A stretch of 52,775 nt of DNA from IMG/VR virus record IMGVR_UViG_3300030329_004607, positions 1 through 52,775 of that record. One strand, written 5' to 3'. Both the position numbers and the translations under genes were made by a program. The first letter of the stretch is position 1. Each line of letters opens with the position of its first letter. The DNA is from a virus (lineage: Duplodnaviria > Caudoviricetes). Shown piece after piece: positions 46,846-52,775 of this stretch. A model generated the notes under the pieces. It saw only the letters and a list, made by a program, of their open reading frames with translations. It was not told where the DNA came from and made no database searches.

Positions 46846-47046
46846 CTACTTACTACTCCTATTTCTAGCATCAGACATTGGTAAGTCTCCATGCTCGTTA
46901 ATGTATTCTAATATATCTAGTGTACTTCTATTTACAGAATCTTTTCTAATTATAAATTCTCCACCCTCAGCTTCAATTGGAATACCACCTTCAGAATGTG
47001 GAGCACCATCTAATAATCCACCAAATGGATATTTCTTATAAATCAT
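46846..47046 (-). CDS. Small protein with YxxGG...G..H..GG..IEAEGGE motif
   Basis: 66-aa ORF in the head operon. Confidence 0.6.
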   Translation of the reverse strand: MIYKKYPFGGLLDGAPHSEGGIPIEAEGGEFIIRKDSVNRSTLDILEYINEHGDLPMSDARNRSSK

Positions 47047-47186
47047 CTTAAACCACTCCCTCCACGTTTACGACCACGATGTTGTTTACCTCTTTTTCTT
47101 GCTTCAACCTTTTCTACAGGAGGTATTGCAACGATTGTTGGTTCGTTTAAAAATAATGTTGATAATATAATTGTTTTCATAATCAT
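47043..47186 (-). CDS. 47-aa basic peptide
   Basis: Manual translation MIMKTIILSTLFL...RKRGKQHRGRKRGGSGLR; stop overlaps the next ATG. Confidence 0.5.
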   Translation of the reverse strand: MIMKTIILSTLFLNEPTIVAIPPVEKVEARKRGKQHRGRKRGGSGLR

Positions 47187-47273
47187 AATTTTTTATTTAG
47201 CTTGTTAGGGGCAAGCCCTTTATACGACCTGCCCCACAGTAAGCAATTCTGTTGACTTTTATTTATTCAAGTC

Positions 47274-47741
47274 TTATGAAGCAGCATCAGTATGGAACTT
47301 GGTATCAGAACCTAGAGCAGCAGCAATGCCTCTTACATACCAACGATTGCCATCGGTAAATATTTGTACATTGTCGCCAGGAGCAGCAGCAGCAGTAAAA
47401 TTGATATAATCATCATTATTAACTGCGCTATCTCCAGCTGCATCTGCAACTGAAGCAATATGCCCTACTATATCTACACCTGAACCAAAATCAATATTAA
47501 CAATTTGATTCATTGAGTCATCAGCACCATCTGTATCTTCAGTAACCCATACTTCACAATTCCAACCTGGAGGTAAATCTCCCACAGTTGGCAAATCTAA
47601 CTCAGTTGTTGCAGTTGGATTTACTAAAAAGATAGTTCCACTATCTGCTTCTAACACTGTATAGTTCTCCGTAATCTTTTTAACTTTCTTTACGTAAGTA
47701 CCAGTCAGTGAGCTATTTTCGTTTAGATAATCACTTCTCAT
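47274..47741 (-). CDS. Capsid decoration/cement-like protein
   Basis: Follows the MCP; DSG..F.V...LP...G...GD.V....DG..WY pattern. Confidence 0.6.
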   Translation of the reverse strand: MRSDYLNENSSLTGTYVKKVKKITENYTVLEADSGTIFLVNPTATTELDLPTVGDLPPGWNCEVWVTEDTDGADDSMNQIVNIDFGSGVDIVGHIASVADAAGDSAVNNDDYINFTAAAAPGDNVQIFTDGNRWYVRGIAAALGSDTKFHTDAAS

Positions 47742-47752
47742 TATATAACTCC

Positions 47753-49129
47753 TTAATTAAGGTCTGTGAATGAATATAAAGCATGAGTTTCAGGAATTGT
47801 TATTTCAAGTCCTGCTTCCGTTAGGATCATGTCTTTACGTAAATCTTCATCAGCCTGTTGTACATTAGTTATAATATGAGTATCACGATTCAATCCATTT
47901 CCAACAAGTGGACGATAAGCTAACTGTTTCATATCAGCAAGTAATAAGAAGCCAGCAGTCATACCACGAAATAAAGGTTCACGAACAATACTAAGATCGC
48001 CATGAACTGTATTAAGTTGCATGATTTTGTGTCCAAAAGAGCCATTACGATTTTCAGCACTCCAATTATATCTGTTTCCAGTATTACCAGAGTCTTGAGA
48101 AACGTCTACAAAGCTATTATTTCCTATCTTGTTGAAATAAGAGATCACAGGTAGACCAGCTAAAGCGAGTTTATTATTACTTCCACCCCTTGCAGGATCA
48201 AAGAATGTCTCGAAGTCAGATAGAAATACATCATAAGTGAATGCAGTTGAAGCAGCAGCTCCAAAATATGGACTTCCTGCGGTATATGAAAGTGACCCAG
48301 GAGTTCCAGCTTGAACTCTATTTATAATGTCTCCACATAGACCAGCAGAAGTTTGAACGCCATTTTGACGACCCTTCTGCCCAAAGAGCATTCCTCTCTC
48401 AATGTCTACTTTATGTTCTCTTAGTTTAAGATTCCAGATTCGTGACCATTCATTTGCATATCCACGATAGTTAGTAGCAATAGCTGTGTTTGTCATTTCA
48501 GCAGCTGTTTTGAAGATTTGAGTGTAACCAAAATCATCATCTAAAGACTTAGACCATACATCAGGAGACCCTGAACCTTCTTCAAAAGCAGTACCAATAA
48601 CTTGACAAGCATCACCATCTGCGATTGCATTATAGCCAGTCTCACTTGAGTTACCAGTACTCAAACATGTCACTTGACAAGTTGAATATGATGATTCATG
48701 TGTAACTGAATCTATTCTTACAACCATATGTGATTTGCCATCAACAACATCAACCGCAACCATCATTCCTTTTATAAGAAAATCAACAGAAGCATCACTT
48801 CCATTTTCAAATAAAACTTGACCGCTTGTACCTGCTGTAGCAGTTAATGCAGATTGAGCATTAAATGATCTACTCGTCCAATCGATCTTAGAACGATTTT
48901 CTAAGAAACGAAATACAGGATCAGTTGTTGGTACTTTACTAACCTTATTTAAATATACAAAAAATGGAGACTCTTCTGGCGATAATTCAGCAACTCTATC
49001 ACCCCAATCGTATAGTCTACGTTGGTCACCAGCTACACCATGTGCAGCAGCATGTGCATTAGCGATAGTGGTTGCAGCACCTGTACTGGATAATGATCCA
49101 GAACGGATTGTGTTTGCACTATTTGCCAT
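47753..49129 (-). CDS. Major capsid protein (DUF5309/SU10-like HK97 fold)
   Basis: Portal-scaffold-MCP synteny; P.E.PF, EG, YTQIF, H..DIE...LFG and E.GLE motifs. Confidence 0.88.
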   Translation of the reverse strand: MANSANTIRSGSLSSTGAATTIANAHAAAHGVAGDQRRLYDWGDRVAELSPEESPFFVYLNKVSKVPTTDPVFRFLENRSKIDWTSRSFNAQSALTATAGTSGQVLFENGSDASVDFLIKGMMVAVDVVDGKSHMVVRIDSVTHESSYSTCQVTCLSTGNSSETGYNAIADGDACQVIGTAFEEGSGSPDVWSKSLDDDFGYTQIFKTAAEMTNTAIATNYRGYANEWSRIWNLKLREHKVDIERGMLFGQKGRQNGVQTSAGLCGDIINRVQAGTPGSLSYTAGSPYFGAAASTAFTYDVFLSDFETFFDPARGGSNNKLALAGLPVISYFNKIGNNSFVDVSQDSGNTGNRYNWSAENRNGSFGHKIMQLNTVHGDLSIVREPLFRGMTAGFLLLADMKQLAYRPLVGNGLNRDTHIITNVQQADEDLRKDMILTEAGLEITIPETHALYSFTDLN

Positions 49130-49144
49130 GTTTTTTCTCCGTTT

Positions 49145-49183
49145 ATCTCTCTATCAGCTACCTTTCGGTCTTCAAGGAGAGAT
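49145..49183 (-). promoter_or_regulatory. Structured leader hairpin upstream of the MCP RBS (kink-turn-like, GAAA tetraloop)
   Basis: ATCTCTC-CTTGAAG-ACC GAAA GGT-AGCTGATA-GAGAGAT. Confidence 0.5.
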
Positions 49184-49191
49184 GTTATTGT

Positions 49192-49929
49192 TTAAGGTAA
49201 TTTATTTCCAAAACCCCCAGCGTTAATAACATCTTCATATAATTTTTCGTCAGCAGACTTCCTAGATGGTTGTTGTCCTTGAAGAACACCAGCCGATGTA
49301 GGATTAGCTTGATTCTGACGAACTTGATCTAAAGGATTGTTCGTAACAGCTTGTGGGTCTTGAGATACAGCACGCCACATTTTAAGTACATTGTCCAAAC
49401 CATATTCAGATGGATGTTTATCAGCAAATTCAAAGAATGAATTTATCTCGTTATCATTTAGCCCTTTTGAAGCTAAATCAGCACGAAGACTTGTTCTTCC
49501 TTGTTGTGCTTTAAGTCCACCTACAGCTTGATCAACTGCACCATTAATAGTGTCCTGTAACTCTTGCATCCTAAATTTATAAGATGCTGATGCTGGGTCA
49601 TTATAGGCTTCCCAAGGATCGAATTCATCAGGCTTCAAAGCAACACGTTCTTTTTGAGTATTTGGTTGACCACTTACTTCCGACATAAGGTTTTGAACCA
49701 AGTCTGGACGTGATTCCAAAAATTTCCCAATTTTTTCGTATTGTTGTAACTTCTGATTTTCAGCATGGAGTTTATCCTTTTCAGACTGGTGGTACTTAGC
49801 TTGAGCTTCCCAGTCTTGTGAAGAATTCTCCTGTTGTATTGTTCCTTCATCTTGCCCTACTTCTGCTTGTTCAACTTGACCACCATCGTGATTGTCGACA
49901 ACAGAAGCGATAACGTCTTCATTTGACAT
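49192..49929 (-). CDS. Capsid scaffolding protein
   Basis: Acidic, helical, between portal and MCP. Confidence 0.75.
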   Translation of the reverse strand: MSNEDVIASVVDNHDGGQVEQAEVGQDEGTIQQENSSQDWEAQAKYHQSEKDKLHAENQKLQQYEKIGKFLESRPDLVQNLMSEVSGQPNTQKERVALKPDEFDPWEAYNDPASASYKFRMQELQDTINGAVDQAVGGLKAQQGRTSLRADLASKGLNDNEINSFFEFADKHPSEYGLDNVLKMWRAVSQDPQAVTNNPLDQVRQNQANPTSAGVLQGQQPSRKSADEKLYEDVINAGGFGNKLP

Positions 49930-49940
49930 TTCATTACTCC

Positions 49941-51980
49941 TTATTTAGGCGATTTCTCTTTACTTTGAGTTTGACTACGTTTCTTTTCTGCATCTGTCAC
50001 CAAACGTAATTTCTCTGTTTCGAGTTTGACCGCATTAGATAATTTATCAATTGAAACTTTATTTTGAGTCTTAGAGTCATATTCTTGTTCTTTAAGTTTT
50101 CCTTTGAATTTCTCAACTTCAACTTTTTTACGTGATGAAACTGATTCACGATGAGCTGTTTGTAAATCTCCACTAAGCTTTTTAATTTGCTCTTGTGCAG
50201 ATTCTAGCTGTTGCTGTAGTTGTTGTACAAGGTCAGTTCGTTGCAATACGCCCTCTTTATCAAAAATTTCTGTTTTCTTTAAGGCTTCTACTCTATCAAT
50301 AAGCCCTGCTTGGTATGCTTCCATGTAAACATTCCATTCACCCCATTTATTAGATGGCATGGTGGAATTGCCAATTATCCTAACATCAAAGCTCCCAACA
50401 CTTAAATTGTTTTCAATGGTCTGAAGTTCCTTCGTCTTATCATCATATAATCTTTTATTAACTGTATATTCGGTAAGATCATTATTAGGTTGAACTATTC
50501 TAAATGTTTTTTGAAAAGTATAATGTGATTTGGCAAGATGATACATTAACTTACCAAGTCTTTTTAAACTTGCCTCAACATCTCTTAATTTAGATTTAGA
50601 ACGTCTTTGACCGAAATCTTCCATCATCATAGTTCCAGATGATGTTCTTGGAGCTGCACTTGTATCTCCTTGTTGCATCTCAAATATTCCAATGTTTAAA
50701 TCTATGTAATGTTCTACCATTTGAGGTAATTGTAAAATTGAACCAGCAAGTGGCTGTGGAGAGGGAAAGTGAGGTTCACCAAATGAAGCGTCATATTCTA
50801 TCGTTGCATTGGGATTCGCCCAATCACGTTCAAGTTCTTCAACATCTTGTACAGAACCTTGAGGTATTAGCAATTTCAATCCAGACGATGCCTGCGCATG
50901 CGAGGTGATCAAAGACATTACTTTATTCAAGAACCTCTGAAATCCCTTGTTCTTACGAACATCACTCATAGGGTAAGGTGTATTTGTCCAAATATTTGGC
51001 ACAGGTACTAGAGGGAATATATTTGTATCTAATACGTTTTCGTATAAAACAACTTGACCCACAACACATGTTACCTTAATACGTGTTTGTTGTACTTGTA
51101 CAATATCAAAAAGACCCCTATCAAATGCTTCAGCAGTTCTTTCATCTGCTAAAAGCTTTTCAAGTCCATCATTATCTAAAACTTTTTCTTGCCCAGACTG
51201 AAGATCAACTACTCTAAAGAATGGCATTTTAACTTTTCTAAAATCTTCTATTAATCTATATTTTTCAGCTTGATTTCCCCAATCATAATCTTTAGTTCTA
51301 TCTGGTGTAAATGAGCCCCCTTCTTGTCTATTTTGAGATACAGGATAATCATCATCAGTAACAGCTACACTTTCAATATTATCAATTAAAACATCACCAT
51401 TTTCATCTGGAGTATTTAGCATTGGATAATTATCTAATAATTGCTCTCTTGTTAAGACTGTAGATAATTGCATTCCTGATGCATCATCAAACCATTTATT
51501 CCTACTATTAGGATCAACCACTACACGAAATGGATCAACATATGTAAATTTAACTTCACCTCTACCATAATCAGCTTCTTGATCAATATAACCATAAAAA
51601 TAACCAAGACCAGCAACGGAGAAATCATGTATTACTTGTTTGAATACTTCGTCTCCATCAGAATTATCCCAAATATATTCTAATATGGTTTTCCATACAT
51701 TCCCAAGTTTTGTGTCCGAATCCTCTCTGCCAACGGCAGAAAATTTTGGTGGCTTTGAGGTGATGATTGCTTTGAACTGTTCAATAGCAGCATAGAGACG
51801 ATCAATGGGTAACCCCATTTGATTTCTCTCTGCTAAATCATTTGCTTCCTGATCAGTGAAATGGTTGCCTAGATAGAAATCTATATCCTCTCTAGCCTGC
51901 ACATCCCAATCAGCACGTGCATCAAACCATCTCCTCCAGCGTTCTTTTATTTCTTCTGCTCTTTTATCTTGCTCAATCAT
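49941..51980 (-). CDS. Portal protein (P22-like)
   Basis: D..FY.G.H, VDPF...DP, FP.VP and SG...motifs, C-terminal coiled-coil barrel; follows terL. Confidence 0.9.
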   Translation of the reverse strand: MIEQDKRAEEIKERWRRWFDARADWDVQAREDIDFYLGNHFTDQEANDLAERNQMGLPIDRLYAAIEQFKAIITSKPPKFSAVGREDSDTKLGNVWKTILEYIWDNSDGDEVFKQVIHDFSVAGLGYFYGYIDQEADYGRGEVKFTYVDPFRVVVDPNSRNKWFDDASGMQLSTVLTREQLLDNYPMLNTPDENGDVLIDNIESVAVTDDDYPVSQNRQEGGSFTPDRTKDYDWGNQAEKYRLIEDFRKVKMPFFRVVDLQSGQEKVLDNDGLEKLLADERTAEAFDRGLFDIVQVQQTRIKVTCVVGQVVLYENVLDTNIFPLVPVPNIWTNTPYPMSDVRKNKGFQRFLNKVMSLITSHAQASSGLKLLIPQGSVQDVEELERDWANPNATIEYDASFGEPHFPSPQPLAGSILQLPQMVEHYIDLNIGIFEMQQGDTSAAPRTSSGTMMMEDFGQRRSKSKLRDVEASLKRLGKLMYHLAKSHYTFQKTFRIVQPNNDLTEYTVNKRLYDDKTKELQTIENNLSVGSFDVRIIGNSTMPSNKWGEWNVYMEAYQAGLIDRVEALKKTEIFDKEGVLQRTDLVQQLQQQLESAQEQIKKLSGDLQTAHRESVSSRKKVEVEKFKGKLKEQEYDSKTQNKVSIDKLSNAVKLETEKLRLVTDAEKKRSQTQSKEKSPK

Positions 51981-51987
51981 AGATTAT

Positions 51988-52016
51988 AATTTACTGAATT
52001 ATTAATTAATTTCCAA
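51988..52016 (-). promoter_or_regulatory. sigma70-like promoter of the portal gene (TTGGAA-17-TAAATT), probably leaderless
   Basis: -10 ends 7 nt before the ATG; no SD. Confidence 0.55.
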
Positions 52017-52017
52017 A

Positions 52018-52775
52018 TTAAGTACGTTTACCTGTTATCCAATTATAAGCCTTACGTGCCTTCATGTAAGTGCCATCATTCTGTTTCTCTTTTTTCTTTC
52101 TACCTGCTTTAGGATTACCTCTTGCAAACTGAGTAGCAAGCCAGAAGGCATCAATCGTATCATCATGTGATCCTTTTGGAAAATCTAATAATTCGCCAAT
52201 AAGCTCATGATGTTGTTTTTTAAGGTGAACAGCCCCAGCCTTGAACATGGGTTGCAATCCTTCAAACAATCTGTCTTTTTTCTTCTGAGTATAACCTTTT
52301 ATACCTTGTTCGATACCTGGAACAAAGAGACCTTCCTTTTTACTACGTTTTTGTACATAATCTCTTAACATTTCCTGATATGCAATTGTTTCAATATTCA
52401 CCCTCCTTACTGGCGAATACCTTTTAACCATCTCAAAAATCTTGTCAGCACATTCCATTGGGAGGACTCTTTCACGCCAATACTCAATAACATAGTAATC
52501 ATACTCCGCAGTGACACCAATAACCATAATAACGCTGTAATCGTTGTAACTAGCAACAGTTGAAGCGGGATCAACGCCCACATAAATATTGACATATTCT
52601 GTATGCCCATCGTCAAACTTGATATACCAACTGTCTGATGCTTCTTCAAATCTAATATTCCCCCTATAAAGTGATTCATTAATATCTTCCTCAGCAAAAA
52701 TCTGATCTTCAGGTGATTTTGCTTGATTCATATACTCCTGATAGAACTTTGCAGGAGTTCCACTATCAATATAAA
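52018..52775 (-). CDS. terL: Terminase large subunit, C-terminal RNase H-like nuclease part
   Basis: VGVDPA, DYS, IE...YQ, FP...HDDTIDA. Confidence 0.93.
   Translation of the reverse strand, partial: YIDSGTPAKFYQEYMNQAKSPEDQIFAEEDINESLYRGNIRFEEASDSWYIKFDDGHTEYVNIYVGVDPASTVASYNDYSVIMVIGVTAEYDYYVIEYWRERVLPMECADKIFEMVKRYSPVRRVNIETIAYQEMLRDYVQKRSKKEGLFVPGIEQGIKGYTQKKKDRLFEGLQPMFKAGAVHLKKQHHELIGELLDFPKGSHDDTIDAFWLATQFARGNPKAGRKKKEKQNDGTYMKARKAYNWITGKRT

Noticed and set aside
49145-49183. Hammerhead ribozyme (CTGA and GAAA present)
   Set aside because: GAAA is a tetraloop, CUGANGA is incomplete, and there is no three-stem topology
17773-52697. Many short ORFs in the track that overlap late genes on the opposite strand or in other frames
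   Set aside because: Shadow frames of long genes with no RBS or motif support
1-52775. tRNA genes, stop-codon reassignment, diversity-generating retroelement
   Set aside because: No cloverleaf noticed; genes are intact under the standard code; no reverse transcriptase or adenine-specific TR/VR pair seen

Overview
The window is a complete, circularly permuted genome of an AT-rich tailed dsDNA phage of about 52.66 kb. Bases 1-113 repeat exactly at 52663-52775, and the terminase large subunit runs across the join. The layout is podovirus-like. On the + strand are an early block (~4.4-9.2 kb) and a replication/recombination block (Cas4-like nuclease, Sak, SSB, N4C/N6A methylase, DnaB, RuvC-like resolvase; no polymerase or primase seen). 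On the - strand is a long late block: TerS, lysis genes, TerL, portal, scaffold, capsid, adaptors, fibres, tail nozzle and probable ejection proteins. The most unusual observations are these. (1) The 2146-aa putative ejected virion protein contains a recognisable tyrosine-recombinase domain and a zincin HExxH domain, and a loxP-shaped 13-8-13 site lies in the probable first-injected region. (2) A ~1.6 kb stretch has no CAG/CTG trinucleotide on manual reading, kept up by unusual synonymous codon choice, and sits inside a larger GATC-poor zone. (3) A ~85 bp origin-like element (AT tract plus a 35 bp core) occurs twice, once hidden inside a coding sequence. (4) A 1160-aa head-tail adaptor carries six extended repeats and six helical repeats in mirror order, suggesting a hairpin rod. 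All calls are from manual motif reading; no database searches were run, and the host cannot be determined.
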